A DNA stretch of 24,963 bases, taken from positions 1 through 24,963 of IMG/VR virus record IMGVR_UViG_3300035661_000315; one strand, 5' to 3'. The DNA comes from a virus (taxonomy: Duplodnaviria; Caudoviricetes). Of the stretch, positions 17,991 to 24,931 are shown one piece after another. A program made the position numbers and the translations under genes. The first letter of the stretch is position 1. Every line of letters begins with the position of its first letter. Below the pieces are notes generated by a model. It was not told where the DNA came from. It ran no database searches and was given only the letters and a program-made list of their open reading frames with translations.

Positions 17991-19069
17991 AATGATGCTC
18001 CTGCTAGGTAATATCTAGCTGTACCTACATTAGTTTCTGCTTGAACTAAAGTAGCTGTTGAAGATAATAGAGTAGCTGTTTTCACAGCTACGTGAGAGCT
18101 AGTTCCCGTATCTCCACCATAGAATAATGCATTAGTTCCTACATTAGCTCCTGCTAATTCATATCTAGCTGAACCTATATTGGTTTCTGCTTGAACTAAA
18201 GTAGCTGTTGGTGATAATAGAGTCGTGGTAGATATTATGTTATTGCCATATCCACCGTAGAATAAAGCATTAGTTCCCACGTTAGATCCTGATAATCCAT
18301 ATCTAGCTGTACCTATATTGGTTTCTGCTTGAACTAAAGTAGCTGTTGAAGATAATAGAGTAGCTGTTGGTATAGCTCCTGAAAGGGCAAATCCACCGTA
18401 GAATAAAGCATTAGTTCCTACATTAGCTCCTGATAATCCATATCTAGCTACACCTACATTTGTTTCGGCTTGCACTAATGTAGCTGTTGAAGATAATAGA
18501 GTAGCTGTGGAAACAGCTGTTGTTGAACCCCATCCAGCATAAAATAAAGCATTTGTACCTACTTTTGCTCCTGCTACTTCACGTCTAGCTGTACCTACAT
18601 TTGTTTCTGCCTGAACCAAAGTAGCGGTTGGTGATAATAAAGTAGCTGTGGAAACAGCTGTTGTTGATATCCACCCACCGTAGAATAAAGCATTAGTTCC
18701 CACGTTAGATCCTGATAATCCATATCTAGCTGTACCTATATTGGTTTCTGCTTGAACTAAAGTAGCTGTTGAAGATAATAGAGTCGTGGTAGCCACAACG
18801 GTTGATATCCACCCCCCATAGAACAAAGCTTTGGTAAAAGAGGTTGTTACCTTAAATGTATAAGGTAATAATCCAGTAGCTGAACCAACTTGTGTGCTAC
18901 TAGTGACTCCAACTTTACTAACACATTGATATAGTAATTTGTTGGATTTAATAGCGACAATCTCTCCTACTGGAATCTTATCTAACCCAGTTGAAGTTTC
19001 ATCCTTAAACACCCATATAGGGTTTCTGGTAAATCCAGAAATTTGAGACTGAGACTGTGATGCCCCCAT
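17987..19069 (-). CDS. Six-bladed Kelch-like beta-propeller protein A (360 aa)
   Basis: Short N-terminal domain plus six 46-49 aa repeats ALFYGG-[variable]-TATLLSxTATLVQAETNxGTAR-[variable]-GANVGTN. Hydrophobic-GG and R spacing is Kelch-like. Confidence 0.8.
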   Translation of the reverse strand: MGASQSQSQISGFTRNPIWVFKDETSTGLDKIPVGEIVAIKSNKLLYQCVSKVGVTSSTQVGSATGLLPYTFKVTTSFTKALFYGGWISTVVATTTLLSSTATLVQAETNIGTARYGLSGSNVGTNALFYGGWISTTAVSTATLLSPTATLVQAETNVGTARREVAGAKVGTNALFYAGWGSTTAVSTATLLSSTATLVQAETNVGVARYGLSGANVGTNALFYGGFALSGAIPTATLLSSTATLVQAETNIGTARYGLSGSNVGTNALFYGGYGNNIISTTTLLSPTATLVQAETNIGSARYELAGANVGTNALFYGGDTGTSSHVAVKTATLLSSTATLVQAETNVGTARYYLAGASL

Positions 19070-19081
19070 ATTATATCCTTG

Positions 19082-19597
19082 TTAATTAAGTGTGTATTTA
19101 GCCCATAGAGCTGTTTGAGCCTTTCCAGCGAGTGTCAAAGCTTGTTTAATCTCTCCACCTGAAACATTAAATACTTTATTATCTGCTAATTTCCAATCAA
19201 TGGTTCCTGTATCACCAATAATCATATAGGCTCTTGCCATACGATCTTGAGATACTTCATCAGCATCATAAACATGATCTTCAACTTTTACTGTTAAGTT
19301 ATCTAGTTCTTTTTGACGCAAATCTTTCAATATTGATTCAACCCAAGCATCCGTTAAAAAATATCCATTAATAGGGCTATATATGTTATAAAATGTATTT
19401 TCGGGAACATTCAAAATTTCAGCACATTCTTTTGGGGTAACATCTTCATTAGATAGACCAATGTATTGACTTGCGTCTGGTTCAAATTGCCCAATTGCTA
19501 TAATTTGAACATTAGTTCTTGTATCCGTATTAGACATTGGGTCAAATTTCCCAAATAGAGTTTCTGAATCTTTCGCTAGCCATGTTACGAGTTTCAT
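19082..19597 (-). CDS. DUF4376-like domain protein (fibre-associated)
   Basis: C-terminal 'V.V....YDADE.SQ.RM........I.WKLADN....V....I..AL..A......LW'. Confidence 0.7.
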   Translation of the reverse strand: MKLVTWLAKDSETLFGKFDPMSNTDTRTNVQIIAIGQFEPDASQYIGLSNEDVTPKECAEILNVPENTFYNIYSPINGYFLTDAWVESILKDLRQKELDNLTVKVEDHVYDADEVSQDRMARAYMIIGDTGTIDWKLADNKVFNVSGGEIKQALTLAGKAQTALWAKYTLN

Positions 19598-19599
19598 TT

Positions 19600-20238
19600 T
19601 TAGTTTCCTTGTGTTAGTAATTTGGTTATACTTAGAGTCTCTTGAACACTTAGTGGTATGTTATTAAGGTTAATACCATTTGCTATTAAATTAGCTTTGT
19701 TCTCATCAGTATCAGGTAGCATCATTGCTGTGGCTGTATTTAACAACTGTACACGCATTTGAGGTATTCTCATAGCTTCTTCAGCGGTTGCTTGAGAAAT
19801 ACCTAAGGTTCTTGCCACTTGTTCTGTTTCAATTTTTTTAAGGTTTCTTAAATAAACCTCTGTTTCCATATTTATTTGGTACATTTCATCATCTGATTTA
19901 CCTTCTATACGAGACTGTTCAGCAATTGATGCTAATTCCGCTTCATACTTTAACAAGAAAGCAAGTTCATCATCAAGCTTTTTATAACCATCTGTTTGCT
20001 GTTCTTGATGAGCTTCAAATTCTTCTAACTCTGCTTGAGCAAATAATCTTTCTGATTCTTTAGTAGCTTCTTGAACTTTAGCAATGTATGCTTGATGTTT
20101 TAGTTCTTGTGTAGTTTGTAATTTTTTTGCAATTTTTCTATCCTCAATAAAATTACGAACTATTCTTAATCTCTCCCAAATTGTCTCTCCATTAATAAGG
20201 TTAAGATATGCATATTGTGAATTTACTTGTGATGCCAT
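19600..20238 (-). CDS. Hypothetical helical/coiled-coil protein (212 aa)
   Basis: Intact Glu/Gln/Lys-rich helical ORF with its own late promoter at 20268-20275. Confidence 0.75.
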   Translation of the reverse strand: MASQVNSQYAYLNLINGETIWERLRIVRNFIEDRKIAKKLQTTQELKHQAYIAKVQEATKESERLFAQAELEEFEAHQEQQTDGYKKLDDELAFLLKYEAELASIAEQSRIEGKSDDEMYQINMETEVYLRNLKKIETEQVARTLGISQATAEEAMRIPQMRVQLLNTATAMMLPDTDENKANLIANGINLNNIPLSVQETLSITKLLTQGN

Positions 20239-20267
20239 TTTTACTCTTCTTTCATATTATATTTTAA

Positions 20268-20275
20268 TATTTATA
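20268..20275 (-). promoter_or_regulatory. T4-type late promoter TATAAATA
   Basis: TATTTATA on the plus strand, overlapping the stop of propeller B, 30 nt upstream of ATG 20238. Confidence 0.7.
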
Positions 20276-21389
20276 AACTAGATCCTGCGAGTCCATGTCT
20301 AGGTGTACTACCTATATTAGTTTCTGCTTGAACTAAAGTAGCTGTTGGCGATAATAATGTAGCAGTATTTAATTTAACACTATTAGCCCCAGCATAATAT
20401 AAAGCATTTGTACCTACGTTAGCTCCTGCTGGTCCAAGTCTAGTAGAACCAACATTTGATTCAGCTTGTACCAAAGTAGCTGTTGATGATAACAGTGTTG
20501 CTGTATTTAAGTATGAACCATTATACCCACCGTAGAATAAAGCATTCGTACCAACATTAGCTCCAGCAGTATATGACCGTGCTGTGCCAACATTTGATTC
20601 CGCTTGTACCAAAGTAGCTGTTGATGATAACAGTGTTGCTGTATTAAAATATGAACCATTTGTTCCACCATAAAATAATACATTTGTACCAACATTGGCT
20701 CCACCCGTTCCAGTTCTCACTGTTCCTACAGTTGACTCAGCTTGAACCAATGAACCAGTAGGTGTCAATATTGTTGCCGTATTCTTATATCCAGAATTGT
20801 ACCCAGCATAGAATAGTGCATTTGTACCAACATTTGCTCCAGATATATAACTTCTTCCTGACCCAACAGTAGACTCAGCTTGAACCAATGTCGCAGTTGG
20901 TGATAATAATGTAACTGTGTTGTAATAATAAGAATTATCTGTTCCGCCATAAAATAATGCATTTGTACCAACATTGGCTCCTGCTACGCCAAATTTTGCT
21001 GTACCTACTGAAGTTTCTGCTTGAACTAAAGTAGCCGTTGAAGATAACAATGTGGTTGTTGATACACTTGTTGGTGAACTATCTATCCCATTATGAAATA
21101 AAGCTTTGGTAAAACTAGTTGACGTTGTTGTAGTAGTTGTTGTCGTTGTTGTCGTTGTTGTCGTTGTTGTCGTTGTTGGTGGAGCAGGAATAACTCCAGT
21201 TATTAAAATTAAATTTGCACCTGAAATTGCTTGTGCTATGGTGGTATTGGTAGTGATATTAGTTGAATTAACTTTAATATACATATATCCAGTTGAGTTC
21301 ACAAATACAAATCTATTATTTGCAACAAAGTTTATTCCAGTTGATGACTCATCTTTAAAAACAACAAGAGACTGTCTTTCAAAACTCAT
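20271..21389 (-). CDS. Six-bladed Kelch-like beta-propeller protein B with poly-Thr linker (372 aa)
   Basis: Same N-terminal domain and six repeats as protein A. PP-T18-STS linker. Confidence 0.8.
   Translation of the reverse strand: MSFERQSLVVFKDESSTGINFVANNRFVFVNSTGYMYIKVNSTNITTNTTIAQAISGANLILITGVIPAPPTTTTTTTTTTTTTTTTTTSTSFTKALFHNGIDSSPTSVSTTTLLSSTATLVQAETSVGTAKFGVAGANVGTNALFYGGTDNSYYYNTVTLLSPTATLVQAESTVGSGRSYISGANVGTNALFYAGYNSGYKNTATILTPTGSLVQAESTVGTVRTGTGGANVGTNVLFYGGTNGSYFNTATLLSSTATLVQAESNVGTARSYTAGANVGTNALFYGGYNGSYLNTATLLSSTATLVQAESNVGSTRLGPAGANVGTNALYYAGANSVKLNTATLLSPTATLVQAETNIGSTPRHGLAGSSL
21123..21176 (-). repeat. Thr-codon tandem repeat (18 Thr)
   Basis: Four perfect copies of TGTCGTTGT at 21141-21176 plus degenerate copies. 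Confidence 0.9.
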
Positions 21390-22429
21390 ATTAATGCTCC
21401 TCCTAAGTAATGACGGCCTGATGTTCCAACATTAGTCTCTGGCTGTACTAATGTTGCGGTAGGTGATAGTAGTGTAGTAGTATTGATAAATGTTGTTGAT
21501 GCATCATTACACCCAGCATAAAATAGGGCATTTGTACCAACATTAACTCCAGAATTTGACCATTTTACTGATCCAACACTTGTTTCAGCTTGTAATAAAA
21601 CAGCCGTCGGTGATAACAAAGTAGTTGTATTGAGAACAGTGGGCCAGATTTGTATTCCACCATAAAATAAAGCATTCGTACCAACATTTGCTCCTGCTAG
21701 GCCAAATCTAGCTGTACCTATATTAGTAGACTGAGATACTAAGACGCCCAATGGAGATACTACAGAAGCTGTATTATAGCTTCCATAATTAGCTCCACCA
21801 TAAAATAAAGCATTTGTACCTACGTTAGCTCCAGCTAATGAGTACATAGATGTTCCAAGATTTGTTTCAGCTTGAACTAATGTAGCTGTTGGTGATAGTA
21901 ATGTTACGGTATCTACCCCATAATAGCTTGAATCAACGGCACCACCGTAAAATAAAGCATTTGTACCAACCTTAGCCCCAGCTGGGGTAGCCCTAGCTGT
22001 ACCTACATTAGTCTCTGATTGTACTAAATTAATTGTTGGTGATAATAAAGTAGTGGTAGATACATATGTTGTAGTATATCCACCATAAAATAAAGCATTT
22101 GTACCTACGTTAGCTCCAGCTAATCCATATCTAGCTGTACCTACACTCTTTTCAGCTTGAACTAATGTAGCCGTTGCTGATAGCATGGTAGCTAAATTTA
22201 GATTTATATTATTACTACCGCCATAAAACAATGCTCCACTTATAACAAGACTAGCGATTAATACTTTACCTACTACATCACAAAATTGTGTAGTAGATGA
22301 TACGTTTGTTTTATTTGTTAATAAAAAAATATCACCAGTATCTTTATTTAATATTAATGAATTAATAGGAATTACATCTATGCCGGTTGATGTACAATTT
22401 TTTACTACTACTATTGAATTTTCATACAT
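21386..22429 (-). CDS. Six-bladed Kelch-like beta-propeller protein C (347 aa)
   Basis: Same architecture and six repeats. ATGA overlap with protein B. Confidence 0.8.
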   Translation of the reverse strand: MYENSIVVVKNCTSTGIDVIPINSLILNKDTGDIFLLTNKTNVSSTTQFCDVVGKVLIASLVISGALFYGGSNNINLNLATMLSATATLVQAEKSVGTARYGLAGANVGTNALFYGGYTTTYVSTTTLLSPTINLVQSETNVGTARATPAGAKVGTNALFYGGAVDSSYYGVDTVTLLSPTATLVQAETNLGTSMYSLAGANVGTNALFYGGANYGSYNTASVVSPLGVLVSQSTNIGTARFGLAGANVGTNALFYGGIQIWPTVLNTTTLLSPTAVLLQAETSVGSVKWSNSGVNVGTNALFYAGCNDASTTFINTTTLLSPTATLVQPETNVGTSGRHYLGGALI

Positions 22430-22438
22430 TAATAATCC

Positions 22439-22768
22439 TTATGCAATTACTACAGTTTCGTTAAGAACCCTAGCATCTAAAAAGGTTATTGATGTTGCAC
22501 CAGGTGTGAATGTATAACTCAAATCTTTTGTTTGAAGAACACCGTTTAGATAAACCATTGGGTCAACTAAAACTGCACCAGCATTAAATACAGTTTGTCC
22601 GTCTGTTGCTACGAATTTGTATTTAGTTGTACTTACGCCTGATAAAGCATTCATAACGAATTCTGTAGTAGCTAATTTAAGTGAACTATCCCCTTTAGTA
22701 GCTGTAGGTGCTGTTGGAATAGATGTAAAATTAGTTACACCCATTGTAGAATTTAAAACTGTAGTCAT
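22439..22768 (-). CDS. Small virion structural/fibre-like protein (109 aa)
   Basis: Fibre motif 'PTAPTA..GD.S..LATTEFV' plus 'F.ATDGQTVF...VYLNGVLQ...Y......ITF' beta module. Confidence 0.65.
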   Translation of the reverse strand: MTTVLNSTMGVTNFTSIPTAPTATKGDSSLKLATTEFVMNALSGVSTTKYKFVATDGQTVFNAGAVLVDPMVYLNGVLQTKDLSYTFTPGATSITFLDARVLNETVVIA

Positions 22769-22779
22769 TATTTATCTCC

Positions 22780-23409
22780 TTATCCTAAATCTCCAAATAC
22801 AGAATCTCTAGGAGCTGTATATGTTGTAGTTTCTACTTCTTGTTCTTCTTTCTGACCGTTAAAGACGGAATCTAAATTTGAAAAATCATACTCACTAGGA
22901 TCTACAATTTCTGGAACCTTGTCTGATGGTTTATAATTGTATATGTTACATTTTAACATTAATACATTTTTTCCGTTATTTGATGTGAATATATTGCTCA
23001 ACCCGGGAACTTCATCTTCAACACCTGTTACTTCAAATAATTTTCCTCTAGGAGTTTTTATAATATCTCCCACTGATTGAAATGCATTTTTAAAATCGGT
23101 TAAGTCATATATGTCTTTAAATGTTTCTGTGCTTACAATCAAATTAATCGTATCCGTAATCTGCATACCAAACTTGCTAAATAAATCACCAGCGTTGTCA
23201 AATGCTTCTACATTCTCTGGATACATCATAATTGAAAAAACATTATTGGGATTAGATTCTTTGTATGTATATTCTTGAAAAACAGTATTTTTGCCTTTAT
23301 TGGTTATCTTGAAATAACTCAATTGGACGCCATATATATCAATTAATTCTTTAGATTGGTTTCGATGTAATATATATTCATTGGTTTTATTATTCAAGTT
23401 CCAAGCCAT
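22780..23409 (-). CDS. gp14: Neck protein, T4 gp14-like
   Basis: 'E.I.IYG....Y', 'F...GDLFSKFG.QI.D...L.VS...F', 'GD.I', 'LFEV..VE' and 'LKC..Y.Y'. Confidence 0.85.
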   Translation of the reverse strand: MAWNLNNKTNEYILHRNQSKELIDIYGVQLSYFKITNKGKNTVFQEYTYKESNPNNVFSIMMYPENVEAFDNAGDLFSKFGMQITDTINLIVSTETFKDIYDLTDFKNAFQSVGDIIKTPRGKLFEVTGVEDEVPGLSNIFTSNNGKNVLMLKCNIYNYKPSDKVPEIVDPSEYDFSNLDSVFNGQKEEQEVETTTYTAPRDSVFGDLG

Positions 23410-23427
23410 ACTCCCTCCTTTTTGTTT

Positions 23428-23435
23428 TATTTATA
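23428..23435 (-). promoter_or_regulatory. T4-type late promoter TATAAATA (gp14/propeller operon)
   Basis: TATTTATA on the plus strand, upstream of RBS AAGGAGG and ATG 23409. Confidence 0.75.
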
Positions 23436-23440
23436 AGATT

Positions 23441-23462
23441 TTAAGGTAAGTGCTGATATAAT
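23441..23462 (+). promoter_or_regulatory. Host sigma70-type early promoter
   Basis: TTAAG-N8-TG-A-TATAAT. Confidence 0.75.
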
Positions 23463-23491
23463 AACATAATTTAAAATAAGAAGGAAACAAA

Positions 23492-23878
23492 ATGTTAACA
23501 GCGACATTGGATAATACAAGATTTAAACACTTTCAATTTGAAGGTAATAAAGGCGGTGTCACCTTGGGATGGATGTACAATGATGATTCATTGTTTCTGG
23601 CATGTTCAGTCTGCTCAAGCAAAGATATGTTTTCAAAAAAAGTAGGACGTGAACTTGTATTAGAACGTTTAAATGAAGAAGTAAATGAAAACACAAGCAA
23701 GTTCAGCGCTACAATTTCTTTAGAAGAAATAAAAGAATATTTGGCAAACAATATTGATTTGTCGTTTCCAACACTTACTAAGAATAAAGCCTTAGACGTT
23801 ATTGAACAATTGGAATTGAAAGATCTTAACTATAATTTGTATGCTAAAATTGCAACGGACGTATTTTTCAAACAATAA
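23492..23878 (+). CDS. Hypothetical early protein (128 aa) with C-x3-D-x-F-x4-G-R motif
   Basis: RBS AAGGA and its own early promoter. Sequence 'GGVTL...ACSVCSSKDMFSKKVGRELVLERL'. Confidence 0.75.
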   Translation: MLTATLDNTRFKHFQFEGNKGGVTLGWMYNDDSLFLACSVCSSKDMFSKKVGRELVLERLNEEVNENTSKFSATISLEEIKEYLANNIDLSFPTLTKNKALDVIEQLELKDLNYNLYAKIATDVFFKQ

Positions 23879-23913
23879 ATAAAAGAAAAAGATTTGTATC
23901 ATTTAATGTTATT

Positions 23914-23935
23914 TTAAGGTAACATATGATATAAT
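23914..23935 (+). promoter_or_regulatory. Host sigma70-type promoter of the leader ORF/tRNA array
   Basis: TTAAG-N8-TG-A-TATAAT, near-duplicate of 23441-23462. Confidence 0.75.
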
Positions 23936-23969
23936 AACAACATATAAAAAGAAACATAGGAGAAACAAA

Positions 23970-24095
23970 ATGATTTACACAATGTACTCAACAGTAAATG
24001 TAATATCATATACATCAGTAAACACATCTGATTATACCTATGCCTACTCTATTTCTGAAACGGATGCGATTGCATCGGAGACAGATATTATCTAA
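23970..24095 (+). CDS. 41-aa leader ORF upstream of the tRNA array (not in ORF track)
   Basis: RBS AGGAG at 23958-23962. Translates as MIYTMYSTVNVISYTSVNTSDYTYAYSISETDAIASETDII*. Confidence 0.65.
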   Translation: MIYTMYSTVNVISYTSVNTSDYTYAYSISETDAIASETDII

Positions 24096-24256
24096 TCTGA
24101 AAGTCATTTATGTCTTTCAGAAATGAAAGACATTGAATGAATCCTCAGTCCATTCGGACAAATTCAATCAATTATTTCATTTTAAGTACAATATAACGCG
24201 AGTTTATTGTGTTCTGAATTAGCAGTCTTTTACGAGAGTTTACTTAAAACTTCTCA
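24096..24256 (+). ncRNA. Structured RNA element/leader between leader ORF and first tRNA
   Basis: ATGTCTTTCA-GAAA-TGAAAGACAT, competing TCTGAAAG/CTTTCAGA, GTCC-ATTC-GGAC, ACAATA.AAC-GCGA-GTT.TATTGT, and a UACG-capped stem. Confidence 0.45.
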
Positions 24257-24262
24257 AAGAAT

Positions 24263-24351
24263 GGTCAGTTAATCAACACTAACTGGATAGGTGCACCGGC
24301 TGTAACCCGGTTTCGTAAGGACTCTTGGTTCGACTCCAAGACTGACCACCA
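24263..24351 (+). tRNA. trnY: tRNA-Tyr(GTA), atypical D region
   Basis: Acceptor GGTCAGT/ACTGACC-A-CCA, anticodon arm ACCGG-CTGTAAC-CCGGT, long variable arm, T arm CTTGG-TTCGACT-CCAAG. Confidence 0.85.
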
Positions 24352-24361
24352 ATTGTTAAAT

Positions 24362-24437
24362 GACACTATGGAGAAATAGGTTATCTTATATCCCTTTCAA
24401 GGATATGTTACGGGTTCGAGCCCCGTTAGTGTTACCA
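24362..24437 (+). tRNA. trnE: tRNA-Glu(TTC)
   Basis: GACACTA/TAGTGTT-A-CCA, TATCC-CTTTCAA-GGATA, ACGGG-TTCGAGC-CCCGT. Confidence 0.9.
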
Positions 24438-24449
24438 AAAATTTAAAAT

Positions 24450-24521
24450 GGTCTCATCGTATAGTGGTTATTATATGTGGTTGTCAGCCATGAGATCGGG
24501 GTTCAATTCCCCGTGGGACCG
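24450..24521 (+). tRNA. trnD: tRNA-Asp(GTC), no encoded CCA
   Basis: GGTCTCA/TGGGACC-G, TGTGG-TTGTCAG-CCATG, CGGGG-TTCAATT-CCCCG. Confidence 0.85.
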
Positions 24522-24570
24522 GACGTTCAAGAATTAGCTTTCACGTAGCGAACGTTGTAAGTACCTTAAA

Positions 24571-24677
24571 TGGGAAACTAATAATTCAATGTTGAAATAA
24601 GAAAATAAAGAAAAAGAATCTTTTCCTGAATATGAAAAAATTTAGGTTGTCTTAAGGGTCGTAAAAATGAAATTTAA
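24571..24677 (+). pseudogene. Possible decayed 3' end of a Seg-like homing endonuclease
   Basis: With several frameshifts reads W.TNN..VE.KKIKK.ESFPEYEK.LGCLKGRK.MKF, resembling the W..NG..NK.......Y...GW..GR tail of phage Seg-like endonucleases. Confidence 0.4.
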
Positions 24678-24681
24678 AAAT

Positions 24682-24758
24682 GGGGAATTAGTATATTAGG
24701 TTGATTACTCTACGCTTGCAACGTAGGAAGACGGGAGCGTAACCCGTATTCTCCACCA
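24682..24758 (+). tRNA. trnA: tRNA-Ala(TGC)
   Basis: GGGGAAT/ATTCTCC-A-CCA with the G3:U70 identity pair, CTACG-CTTGCAA-CGTAG, non-canonical T loop AGCGTAA. Confidence 0.88.
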
Positions 24759-24769
24759 ATAATTTAAAT

Positions 24770-24844
24770 GATCTTGTAGCTCAGAGGCAGAGTGCTCCGT
24801 TGTCAGCGGAAGGGTCGGGATTTCAAAATTCCTCAAGATCGCCA
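24770..24844 (+). tRNA. trnD: tRNA-Asp(GTC), second copy
   Basis: GATCTTG/CAAGATC-G-CCA, TCCG-TTGTCAG-CGGA, weak T arm GGGAT-TTCAAAA-TTCCT. Confidence 0.8.
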
Positions 24845-24852
24845 AAACAAAT

Positions 24853-24926
24853 AGTTCTATAGCTCAATGGCAGAGTAATCCCTTGATAAGGGATAGACGA
24901 AGGGTCAGTACCTTCTAGAACTACCA
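24853..24926 (+). tRNA. trnI: tRNA-Ile(GAT)
   Basis: AGTTCTA/TAGAACT-A-CCA, ATCCC-TTGATAA-GGGAT, GAAGG-GTCAGTA-CCTTC. Confidence 0.88.
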
Positions 24927-24931
24927 AACAT

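Noticed and set aside
20507-20974. Two short repetitive alternate-frame ORFs (20507-20704, 20765-20974)
   Set aside because: Out-of-frame by-products of the blade repeats, with no separate RBS.
21106-21435. Plus-strand poly-Val ORF
   Set aside because: Antisense shadow of the poly-Thr tract.
17987-22429. Diversity-generating retroelement as the source of propeller loop variation
   Set aside because: No reverse transcriptase or non-coding template repeat in the window. Loops differ in length and differences are not confined to adenines. A trans-acting element elsewhere in the genome cannot be excluded.
17987-22429. CRISPR-like repeat/spacer array
   Set aside because: Repeats are about 140 nt, in frame, degenerate at synonymous positions and lie inside long ORFs.
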